18,199 nt of DNA from Candidatus Calescibacterium sp. GTDB taxonomy: Bacteria > Calescibacteriota > Calescibacteriia > Calescibacteriales > Calescibacteriaceae. A model generated the notes under the pieces. The model did no database searches and had not been told where the DNA came from. It saw nothing but the letters and a program-made list of their open reading frames with translations. The translations under genes and the position numbers were made by a program. Shown here one piece after another: positions 1-7,776 of the stretch. Each line of letters starts with the position of its first letter. Position 1 is the first letter of the stretch. The stretch is from positions 1-18,199 of the forward strand of contig JAVVGL010000034.1 of assembly GCA_032249135.1 (NCBI GenBank), written 5' to 3'.

Positions 1-66
1 TGTATGCGAACTTAACGCTCTGATCTGGTACTTTTATAGCCAACTATTTTGAGCTACCCATTCTAT

Positions 67-225
67 TTAAAAAACTCTTCTTCTTTTTACTGCTTCATCA
101 AAGGTTTCAATTTGTTTATCTGTTAGATTTCCAAGAACTTCAAATACTAATTCCAAAGCCAATATTTTCTTTATCCTGCTATAAAGTTCATAGTTGGAGA
201 TTTGGCGGTGGAGTATAAGTAAAAT
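67..225 (-). pseudogene. Possible 3' remnant of a small helical protein gene (no good start)
   Basis: Open frame of 52 codons (...YELYSRIKKILALELVFEVLGNLTDKQIETFDEAVKRRRVF*) that looks protein-like and amphipathic. It is bounded upstream by TAA at 228-226 and has only internal TTG starts. Family not recognised. Confidence 0.25.
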
Positions 226-253
226 TTAATTTTTGAGATAAAGTTGCAAACAA

Positions 254-1228
254 ATGAATGAAAAATTAAAGAAAACAGGAAAGCACAACAGAGAGAAAAG
301 AGAGAAATACAAAAAAGAGCTAAAAAGGTTTGACACAATTTTAAAAGAGATTTTCTCAGAAGCAATAGGAAAAATTTATTACTTAGCTATAGGTAGGAAA
401 ATAGGTAAGAAAGTAAAAGTCATATCTGCGGAAATAAGGGTAGTAAAAACTTTTCGTCCTGATATTTTAGTTGAAGCTGATGGTGAAATAATTCAAGTTG
501 AAATCCAAGCTCAACAAGATAAAACTTTACCACGCAGGATGTTTCGCTATTACTATGCAATATTGGAAAAATATAAGAAAGAACCTACTCAGATTGTTTT
601 GTTTGTTGGGAAAGGAAATCCTCCTCCATCAGATTACAAAACTCCGAAGCTAACTTTAAAATACAAAGTTTTAGATATGAAGAAAATAGACCCTGATGTG
701 TTTATAAAAAGCAAAAAACCTGGTGAGGTTATTTTGGGGATTTTAGCCGGCAAATTCAAAGATAAACCCAAAATAATAAGAAAGGTCAAAAAAAGAATTG
801 TAGAAATTCTGAAAAATGAAGAAAAAATCATAAAATATATAGATAGCATAAGCTTTTTAGCAGGTTTATTTGATATTGAGATAAAGGTAAAGCCTATGCC
901 GATACAAGTTGATATAAAGAAAACTTTCCTCTATAAATGGGGGAAAGAAGAAGGATTAAAGGAGGGAGAGCAGAGAGGTCTTTTAAAAGGCGAAAAAAGA
1001 GGTCTCGTAAAAGGTCTGAAAGAAGGCGAAAAAAGAGGTCTTGTAAAAGGTCTGAAAGAAGCAATACTGGTTGGGATTCAGCTAAGGTTTGGTGATCAAA
1101 AAGCAAAACAAATCAGAAACTTTTTAGAAAAAATAGATGATTTGAATCACTTGAAAAAGATAAAGAGAGAAGTAATAAGAGCTGAAAATTGGGAGGATTT
1201 TATTAAAGTATTCAGAAACCACAAGTGA
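254..1228 (+). CDS. Rpn/YhgA-like (recombination-promoting nuclease / Transposase_31-like) PD-(D/E)XK nuclease
   Basis: 324 aa. It has the RPDILVE...IQVEIQ nuclease core, RMFRYY, and QIVLFVG, and a C-terminal G-x-x-(E/K)-G repeat tract followed by a short helical domain (RFG...IDDLNHLKKI), all typical of Rpn-family proteins. Confidence 0.85.
   Translation: MNEKLKKTGKHNREKREKYKKELKRFDTILKEIFSEAIGKIYYLAIGRKIGKKVKVISAEIRVVKTFRPDILVEADGEIIQVEIQAQQDKTLPRRMFRYYYAILEKYKKEPTQIVLFVGKGNPPPSDYKTPKLTLKYKVLDMKKIDPDVFIKSKKPGEVILGILAGKFKDKPKIIRKVKKRIVEILKNEEKIIKYIDSISFLAGLFDIEIKVKPMPIQVDIKKTFLYKWGKEEGLKEGEQRGLLKGEKRGLVKGLKEGEKRGLVKGLKEAILVGIQLRFGDQKAKQIRNFLEKIDDLNHLKKIKREVIRAENWEDFIKVFRNHK
987..1061 (+). 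repeat. 36-bp tandem repeat (2 copies, 1 mismatch) encoding GEKRGLVKGLKE
   Basis: aaggcgaaaaaagaggtct(c/t)gtaaaaggtctgaaag at 987-1022 and 1023-1058, followed by a partial aag. Degenerate units continue upstream to about 945. Confidence 0.95.
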
Positions 1229-1263
1229 AATAATAAAGGTAAAACTTACATCAAAGCAGTAAG

Positions 1264-3810
1264 CTATTCTCCGGGTTCTATAACTCGTGTAGGAGTATTT
1301 CTGTTTGCAGTGGTTCCGTCCCCGAGTTGTCCATAGAAGTTATCTCCCCAGCACCACAAAGAACCATCTGTTTTTTCTGCACAAGTGAAAGCATATCCCA
1401 AAGAAACAGATACAACATCAGACTGAATTATTTTAACCGGTGAATTTTTTGATGTGGTAGTCCCATCTCCGAGCTGACCGGAATCATTTTTACCCCAACA
1501 CCACAGAGAACCATCTTTCTTTACCGCACAAGTATGCTCTCCTCCCAAAGATATAGACGAGACACCAGATGGCATAATTTGAACCGGCGTAGCTACCCCC
1601 TCTCCTGATGCCCCATTCCCCAGCTGACCATCTGCATTTTTACCCCAGCACCACAGCGAACCATTCTGTTTTATTGCGCAGGTGTGATCTCCTCCCAAAG
1701 AAACAGCCAATACCTCCTCCAATACTTTGCGAGGAGAAGGTCTGTTTATGTTAGTGCCGTCTCCAAGTTGTTTATCTCTGTTATATCCCCAGCACCAAAG
1801 TGAGCCATCTTGCTTTACTGCACAGGTGTGAGCATAACCCAAAGAAACAGAAGACACACCTGCCGACATCACCTTAGTAGGAGTTGGTATGCTTCCACCT
1901 GCCGTTCCAACTCCGAGCTGACCGAATTCGTTCCATCCCCAGCACCACAAGGAACCATCTGTTTTTATAGCACAGGTGTGATGCCAACCACATGACAAAG
2001 ATGCTACACCAGATTGAATTATCTGAACGGGTTTATTTCTGTTTGTATTTGTTCCGTCTCCGAGCTGACCATATTCATTTCTTCCCCAGCACCAGAGAGA
2101 GCCATCTTTCTTTACTGCGCAAGTATGCTGTAATCCAAGAGAAACCTGCAAAACTCCTGACGATATCACCTGAACCGCAACAAGTCTATCCTGGTTAGTT
2201 CCGTCTCCGAGCTGACCTGAGTAATTATTCCCCCAGCACCACAAAGAGCCATCTTTTTTCAGAGCACAGGTATGGGTACCGCCTGCTTTTATTTTGGGCA
2301 TTTTAGCAAATAAGATTTCACAGACAGCCCCCTCATCTATTTGACCATCGCAGTCATTATCTTTCCCATCACATATTTCCTCTTTCGCTGGATTAATGCT
2401 TGGGTCATTATCTTTGCAATCACCTTGTGAAGCAAGCAGTACATATCCAAACGGCTGGTAGCAAGAAACACGAGTTGTTCCATCTGTATATCCATCTTTA
2501 TCTAAATCTTTGTACCATACTACCTGACATTCCTTACTTTCCCTTAGTTCTATTCCTTCTGCAACCAATATTGGTTCATAAACGCACATTTTTAACACTT
2601 CCTCACACAGGGACTCCATTTTTTGATTTTCTACCGAAATTTTCACTGTAGAACCTGAAAACTCAATTTTAGCGTTATTTACTTCTATCTCACCTGATGA
2701 TGAGATGCATATACTTGCTTCCGGAGAAAACCCAGCTGAAATCTCTTGCTTTATCGGAGTTATTGTTCTGAAAATGAATTCCCCCTCTGCGCATGAGGCA
2801 GGCTCTGTATCCAACGAATATCTTCCTTTTATGCTCAAATAAACTGGCAAACTTGTGCTTATAAATTTCTCTTCTTGGTATCTACCTACCACCTCAATCT
2901 CAAAATCATTATACAAATACTCCTCTTTTCTTTTGGTTAGTAGGTCTTCTTTTGAATACAGACCTGAAACTCCAACTACCACTCTAATTACACCAACATC
3001 TGAAATGCGACTGATTGTAAATTCATTTTTGTATTCAACTGCTTTTATTTTTACTCTTCTTACCTCAGTATCACCTTTGAGCTCTCTTATTGTTGATTCC
3101 CCTTCTTTTATTGAGAAAACAAATTTTTGCTCAAAATCTTTTTCTGAAACCTTTGTTGAGAACTCCAAATATCCCTTTGCATATCCTGTTGAGACTATGA
3201 AATTTCCTCCCCCTGCATCTTCCTTACAATCGCTGACTTTTATATCAAAATTTAGCCTTTTTCCTGAACTTATTTGCTCAATACTGCAATCTGTTTTTTC
3301 TGCTTTCCCATCCAAACACCGCGGTCTTATATCTTCACAGGAAATTTCAAGTTCCCCTACATTCTGTTTTTCTGAAATTCTTTTTTGATTTGCAACCAAG
3401 CCCAGAATGTCATCTTTTAAATCTCCAAATTTTGGAGCTCTTGCCGTAATAATGCGACCTGTGATGATACGAGCTGTAATTGGTCCAGCCTCAATAGCCT
3501 GCCCTGTGATTGGTCCTCCTTCAATAACTCTTGCTGTAATTATGCGAGCTGTGATTATGTTGTTCTCAATAGCCCCTGCTGAAAAGCTACCGAATGTTTT
3601 TCCCGCAGCATCAGAAGGACTTTCAAATTTCGTTCCAATTTCATCCATTTTCTTTTCTCCACCAGATTTTTCACTTACTTGATTTTGTTTCTTACTACAT
3701 CCTACCAAAGAATACAAACCGAAGATCCCAAACAGCGTAAGAATTAAGGCAAAACCCAAAAAATACAAAATAAACCCTTTTATTTTCCCGTTTTCTTTAT
3801 ACCTTCTCAT
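1264..3810 (-). CDS. Surface lipoprotein with pentapeptide repeats, a Cu-binding_MopE-like metal-binding motif and a C-terminal 7-repeat RCC1/BLIP-II beta-propeller
   Basis: 848 aa. Basic N-terminus, hydrophobic stretch and lipobox LVGC (Cys38). The motif WYKDLDKDGY...DCKDNDPSINP..EEICDGKDNDCDGQIDEG is present, then seven HTCA-x-K-x-DGSLWCWG-x-N-xx-GQLG repeats. Strong SD AAGGAGG upstream. Confidence 0.9.
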   Translation of the reverse strand: MRRYKENGKIKGFILYFLGFALILTLFGIFGLYSLVGCSKKQNQVSEKSGGEKKMDEIGTKFESPSDAAGKTFGSFSAGAIENNIITARIITARVIEGGPITGQAIEAGPITARIITGRIITARAPKFGDLKDDILGLVANQKRISEKQNVGELEISCEDIRPRCLDGKAEKTDCSIEQISSGKRLNFDIKVSDCKEDAGGGNFIVSTGYAKGYLEFSTKVSEKDFEQKFVFSIKEGESTIRELKGDTEVRRVKIKAVEYKNEFTISRISDVGVIRVVVGVSGLYSKEDLLTKRKEEYLYNDFEIEVVGRYQEEKFISTSLPVYLSIKGRYSLDTEPASCAEGEFIFRTITPIKQEISAGFSPEASICISSSGEIEVNNAKIEFSGSTVKISVENQKMESLCEEVLKMCVYEPILVAEGIELRESKECQVVWYKDLDKDGYTDGTTRVSCYQPFGYVLLASQGDCKDNDPSINPAKEEICDGKDNDCDGQIDEGAVCEILFAKMPKIKAGGTHTCALKKDGSLWCWGNNYSGQLGDGTNQDRLVAVQVISSGVLQVSLGLQHTCAVKKDGSLWCWGRNEYGQLGDGTNTNRNKPVQIIQSGVASLSCGWHHTCAIKTDGSLWCWGWNEFGQLGVGTAGGSIPTPTKVMSAGVSSVSLGYAHTCAVKQDGSLWCWGYNRDKQLGDGTNINRPSPRKVLEEVLAVSLGGDHTCAIKQNGSLWCWGKNADGQLGNGASGEGVATPVQIMPSGVSSISLGGEHTCAVKKDGSLWCWGKNDSGQLGDGTTTSKNSPVKIIQSDVVSVSLGYAFTCAEKTDGSLWCWGDNFYGQLGDGTTANRNTPTRVIEPGE
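1267..2301 (-). repeat. Seven RCC1-type repeats of about 49-51 aa
   Basis: GSLWCWG occurs 7 times. DNA-level identity persists, e.g. gttccgtctccgagctgacc at 2051-2070 and 2198-2217 (147-nt period). Confidence 0.9.
3436..3570 (-). repeat. 15-nt/pentapeptide repeat: IENNI-ITARI-ITARV-IEGGP-ITGQA-IEAGP-ITARI-ITGRI-ITARA
   Basis: Nine consecutive 5-aa units, each starting with Ile, read directly from the translation. Codons differ between units. Confidence 0.85.
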
Positions 3811-3819
3811 TTCCCTATA

Positions 3820-3826
3820 CCTCCTT
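3820..3826 (-). promoter_or_regulatory. Shine-Dalgarno site of the RCC1 lipoprotein gene
   Basis: Minus strand reads AAGGAGGtatagggaaATG. Confidence 0.75.
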
Positions 3827-4026
3827 TTTATTAGAGAAAATTACATAATGAAAAAATATAATCATTTTCAAAAAAATTTTTTTCAGAAAAAACTTATCAG
3901 TGAATGACTTTTTAAGCTGATCACAAAAACATTTGGAATCTTTGCAAGGTTTTTCTTTGTAAAGCTTTAATTCTGCGAACAAGTAAAATTATATTTGAGC
4001 CAAAAAATGAGAAGATAAGTCATAAT

Positions 4027-4200
4027 GGAAAAATTTATTACTTAGCGACTGGCAAAAAAATAGGTAAGAAAGCCAAGGTTCTATCAGCGGAAATAAGATT
4101 AGTAAAAACTTTTCACCCTGATATTTTAGTTGAAGCTGATGGAAAAATAATTCAAATTGAAATTCAGGCTCAAAAAGATAAAACTTTATCCCAGAAGATG
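4027..4200 (+). pseudogene. Truncated paralogous fragment of the Rpn-family nuclease (catalytic core only)
   Basis: Ungapped match to 368-541 with 27 mismatches in 174 nt by hand count (~84%). Translates as GKIYYLATGKKIGKKAKVLSAEIRLVKTFHPDILVEADGKIIQIEIQAQKDKTLSQKM. No in-frame ATG/GTG/TTG upstream. Confidence 0.85.
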
Positions 4201-4356
4201 GCACTATCGATAGGGATAGCTTACAACATTCATGTTATGATAATGAAAGTAAATGCTGAAAGAATTTTATTTTTTGAAATTAAAGATTTTTATAATTTTC
4301 AACACTATAAAATATCTTTGCGACAAAATATAATAAAATAACAAAATTTTTTAACA

Positions 4357-5523
4357 ATGGACGGAATAAAAGTTTTAGATTTTACAAGGCTTCTTCCAGG
4401 TCCCCTTGCAACATATATTTTAGCTCACCTTGGAGCAGAAGTTATAAAAGTTGAAGATACACAAACAGGAGACATGACAAGATATATACCTCCCATCACA
4501 GACGGAAAAGGTGCTGTTTTCTCTTTCCTTAACGCAGGAAAAAAATCCTTATCTTTGGATCTCAAAACAGAGGAAGGCAAAAGCGTAATAGAAAGAATAA
4601 TACCAAAGGTAGATGTTATAGTAGAAGGTTTCCGTCCGCAAGTTATGAGAAAACTCGGACTTGATTTTGAAAGCGTAAAAAAAATAAATCCCAAAATAAT
4701 ATACTGCTCAATCTCAGGATATGGACAGACAGGTCCCCTGTCTTATAAATCAGGACATGATTTGAACTATATATCTTTTTCCGGAATTCAGAGAATGTTT
4801 ATATCTGACGAAAAAGGAATTGCAGTTTTACCACAAATTCAAATAGCAGACATATCTGGGGCGCTTCTCGCTTGTATAGGAATTCTTGATGCACTCGTTG
4901 AAAGAGAAAGAAAAAAAGAGAATTTTGAAGGAAAATTTATTGACATAAGCATGGTTGAAACATCTTTATTTTTAGCTGTTGAAAGTTTGAGCAAATTTTT
5001 AGGAACAGGAGAGGAACCAAAACCATTTGGAGAGCTCCTCACAGGCGGAGCAACCTGCTACATGATATATAAAACAAAAGATGGAAAATGGTTAAGTATT
5101 GGAGCGCTTGAACCAAAATTTTGGGAAAACTTCATAAAAGCACTGGGACTTGAAGACGAAATTTTACCATCTGATGCCGTAACTCCGCCAGATGACTCAA
5201 ATCCAGCGTACAAAAAAATCAAAGAAAAAATAATGTCCATGACATCAGAAGAAATTGAAAGAATTTTCAGCAAGTTTGATATCCCATATGAGTTTGTTCA
5301 AGGATATAAAGAAATGAAAGAACACGAACAGATAAGAAGTCGCAAAATATTCTACAAAGTAAAAGATACAGAACTCCTAAAACTTCCGTTTATGGTTGAA
5401 GTGAAAACTCCGGCTCCGGAACTTGGAGAACACACAATAGAAATCCTCAAAGAATTCGGATTTGAAGAAAAAGAAATTTCAGAACTTGAAGAAAAAAGTG
5501 TAATAAGAGCAATAAAAAGATAA
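4357..5523 (+). CDS. CaiB/BaiF family III CoA-transferase, alpha-methylacyl-CoA racemase-like
   Basis: VLDFTRLLPGP...LGAEVIKVE, N.GKKS..LDLK, EGFRP, CSISGYGQTGP, the GHDLNY motif (AMACR-type), catalytic AD and C-terminal PELGEHT. Confidence 0.93.
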   Translation: MDGIKVLDFTRLLPGPLATYILAHLGAEVIKVEDTQTGDMTRYIPPITDGKGAVFSFLNAGKKSLSLDLKTEEGKSVIERIIPKVDVIVEGFRPQVMRKLGLDFESVKKINPKIIYCSISGYGQTGPLSYKSGHDLNYISFSGIQRMFISDEKGIAVLPQIQIADISGALLACIGILDALVERERKKENFEGKFIDISMVETSLFLAVESLSKFLGTGEEPKPFGELLTGGATCYMIYKTKDGKWLSIGALEPKFWENFIKALGLEDEILPSDAVTPPDDSNPAYKKIKEKIMSMTSEEIERIFSKFDIPYEFVQGYKEMKEHEQIRSRKIFYKVKDTELLKLPFMVEVKTPAPELGEHTIEILKEFGFEEKEISELEEKSVIRAIKR

Positions 5524-5553
5524 GCAATAAAAAAACAAAAAATGTAGAACTTT

Positions 5554-6522
5554 ATGCCTTCTGCTTTCCAAATTCCCGGAGTAAAAGTTGCACATTACAC
5601 AGATAAAGAAAACATAACTGGTGCGACAATTTTCATTTTTGATGAACCGCTTTTGGGTGCAGCAGATAAAAGAGGGGGAGCTCAAACCACAAGACAATTT
5701 GACTCACTTTTACATCCTCACATCACGCTCGGAGTTGATGCAATTGTGCTAAGTGGAGGAAGCGCTTTCGGACTTGGAGCAACAAACGGAGTGGTTCAGT
5801 TCCTGAAAGAACAAGGAAAAGGATTTGGAATAGGGAATTTTAGAGTCCCAAGAGTTCCAACTGCTTGCATATTTGATCTCACGATAGGGAATCCAGTTCC
5901 ACCATCGCCTGAAAAACTATACGAAGCTTGCTTTAAAGCAAAAGATTATATTACAGAAGATGATATGGGAAGTAAAGGAGCAGGAACAGGTGCAACCGTT
6001 GGAAAACTTTACGGAATACCATATGCCACAAAAGGAGGAATAGGTTTTGCATTTTCTGAAAAGGAAACAAAAGATGGCACAAAAATAAAAAATGTGGTTT
6101 TTGCAGTTGTAAATGCGTTCGGGAACATAATAGAAGAAGGCAAAATAATAGCAGGTGTAAGAAAAAAGGAAGGAGGATTTTTAGATTTTGTGGAAGAAGG
6201 AATTTTTCATCCTCCAAAATATCCAGAAGATTATTTTTCTTCTACGGTTTTAATAGTGGGATTTACAGAAGGAAAATTTTCTACATCACAACTTCAAATT
6301 CTTGCTCAATGCATGAATTCGGCTTTGGCATCGTGTGTAAAGCCTGCCCATACACCATTTGACGGAGATATAGCAATAGCATTCTCATGCAACAAAAAAG
6401 AAGCAGATTTTTTTGATGTATTTGGAGAGTTTTACAAGCTCACACAAAAAGCAGTAATTGCAGCAATAAAAAAAGCAGAATCACTCGGGGGAGTCCCAGC
6501 TTTTTCAAATCTACAAAAGTAA
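5554..6522 (+). CDS. Peptidase S58 / P1 family (DmpA/NylC-like, DOM-fold self-processing hydrolase)
   Basis: PGVKVAHYT...TGAT, RGGA, LSGGSAFGL, VP.A.IFDL, GAGTGAT.GK...KGGIG, VVNAFG and PAHTPFDGD motifs. Confidence 0.9.
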   Translation: MPSAFQIPGVKVAHYTDKENITGATIFIFDEPLLGAADKRGGAQTTRQFDSLLHPHITLGVDAIVLSGGSAFGLGATNGVVQFLKEQGKGFGIGNFRVPRVPTACIFDLTIGNPVPPSPEKLYEACFKAKDYITEDDMGSKGAGTGATVGKLYGIPYATKGGIGFAFSEKETKDGTKIKNVVFAVVNAFGNIIEEGKIIAGVRKKEGGFLDFVEEGIFHPPKYPEDYFSSTVLIVGFTEGKFSTSQLQILAQCMNSALASCVKPAHTPFDGDIAIAFSCNKKEADFFDVFGEFYKLTQKAVIAAIKKAESLGGVPAFSNLQK

Positions 6523-6588
6523 AAGAAGTAAGAAACACAAATCTCCAAAAACTTTACAAATTTTTCAAAACATACCTTACACTAACTT

Positions 6589-7764
6589 ATGTTTAAGAAT
6601 GTGAGAAAAATAAGAGTTGGATTGTTCGGAACCCGTGGGGTTCCAGCAAGCTATTCCGGTTTTGAAACTTTCTACGATAAACTTATAAGAAGATTAAGCA
6701 AAGAAGAATTTGACCTTATAATTTTTAACAGAACCAACTATTTAAAATATCCATTTTTCTATTTCAAAGGAGCAAAAGTGGTTCAGCTCCCATCTATACC
6801 ACAAAAACATCTTGACACAATCTCTCATACATTATTTTCACTAATCTGGTGTGCAACCCAAAATATAAAGTTAGATATTGCTCTTATATGCATAGTCGGG
6901 AATTCCTTACTCCTCCCATTCTTCAAAGCTCTCGGAATGAAAACAGTAATAAATGTGGATGGTCAGGACTGGCGAAGAGAAAAATGGGGAAAATTCGCAT
7001 CTTCATATCTCAGAGCTTCTGAAATATTAGCTTCAAAGTTTGCAGACATCATAGTAGCAGATGCTCTTGAAGTAAAAAAGTATTATGAGAGCTTCACTTA
7101 CGACAAAAACAAAATAGTGTATATACCATATGGCGGACTTGAAGATGAAGACCTAAAAAGATGTGATTTGTGGGGAGACGATGGCGAATTTCTGAAAAAA
7201 TTTGGATTAGAAAAAAATAAGTATTTTTTATTTGTAGGTAGGCTTGTACCAGAAAATGCACCAGATAAAATCATAAAAGCATTTATAAAAGCAAGAAATT
7301 CAGGCAGAATTCCAAATGATATGAAACTCGTTATAGTAGGAGATGCTCCTTACTCATCAGAGTATAAAAAATACCTTTTTGAAATATCAAAGGGAAATTC
7401 ATCAGTTATATTTACAGGATATATTTTCTCAACAGGTTATATAAAGCTTTCAAGAAATGCATTCTCGTTTGTCCTTTGTGCAACAGTAGGAGGAACTCAT
7501 CCGGTTTTGGTAGAGCAGATGTCTCTTGGAAATCTTATAATCTGCTATGATACACCGTCAAACAGAGAAGTTCTTGAAGATGCTGGATTTTACTTTTCAG
7601 ATGAAAAAGAACTTGAAAATCTTCTTGAATATATAATAAAAATTCCAGAAAATGAGCGAACAAAAAAACAAAAAACCGCAAAAGAACTCGCAAAAACAAA
7701 ATACTCCTGGGATAAAATATCCGAAGAATACAGAAATCTTTTTCTCTCCCTTTCAAGAAAATAA
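6589..7764 (+). CDS. Glycosyltransferase family 4 with DUF1972-type N-terminus (RgpA-like)
   Basis: GTRGVPASYSGFET, NVDG.DW.R.KW, IPYG, FVGRLVPEN and VGGTHP.LVE motifs. Confidence 0.9.
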   Translation: MFKNVRKIRVGLFGTRGVPASYSGFETFYDKLIRRLSKEEFDLIIFNRTNYLKYPFFYFKGAKVVQLPSIPQKHLDTISHTLFSLIWCATQNIKLDIALICIVGNSLLLPFFKALGMKTVINVDGQDWRREKWGKFASSYLRASEILASKFADIIVADALEVKKYYESFTYDKNKIVYIPYGGLEDEDLKRCDLWGDDGEFLKKFGLEKNKYFLFVGRLVPENAPDKIIKAFIKARNSGRIPNDMKLVIVGDAPYSSEYKKYLFEISKGNSSVIFTGYIFSTGYIKLSRNAFSFVLCATVGGTHPVLVEQMSLGNLIICYDTPSNREVLEDAGFYFSDEKELENLLEYIIKIPENERTKKQKTAKELAKTKYSWDKISEEYRNLFLSLSRK

Positions 7765-7776
7765 AAATAAAATGAA

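Noticed and set aside
987..1061. CRISPR-like 36-bp repeats
   Set aside because: The copies are contiguous, have no spacers, and lie in frame within a CDS.
1267..2301. Diversity-generating retroelement target in the RCC1 repeats
   Set aside because: No reverse transcriptase and no non-coding template repeat. Differences between blades are not adenine-specific.
1810..3682. Plus-strand ORFs 1810-1995, 1992-2198, 2400-2651, 2855-3388 and 3407-3682
   Set aside because: Antisense shadows of the lipoprotein gene with no recognisable motifs.
3989..4204. 71-aa minus-strand ORF
   Set aside because: Antisense shadow of the Rpn fragment.
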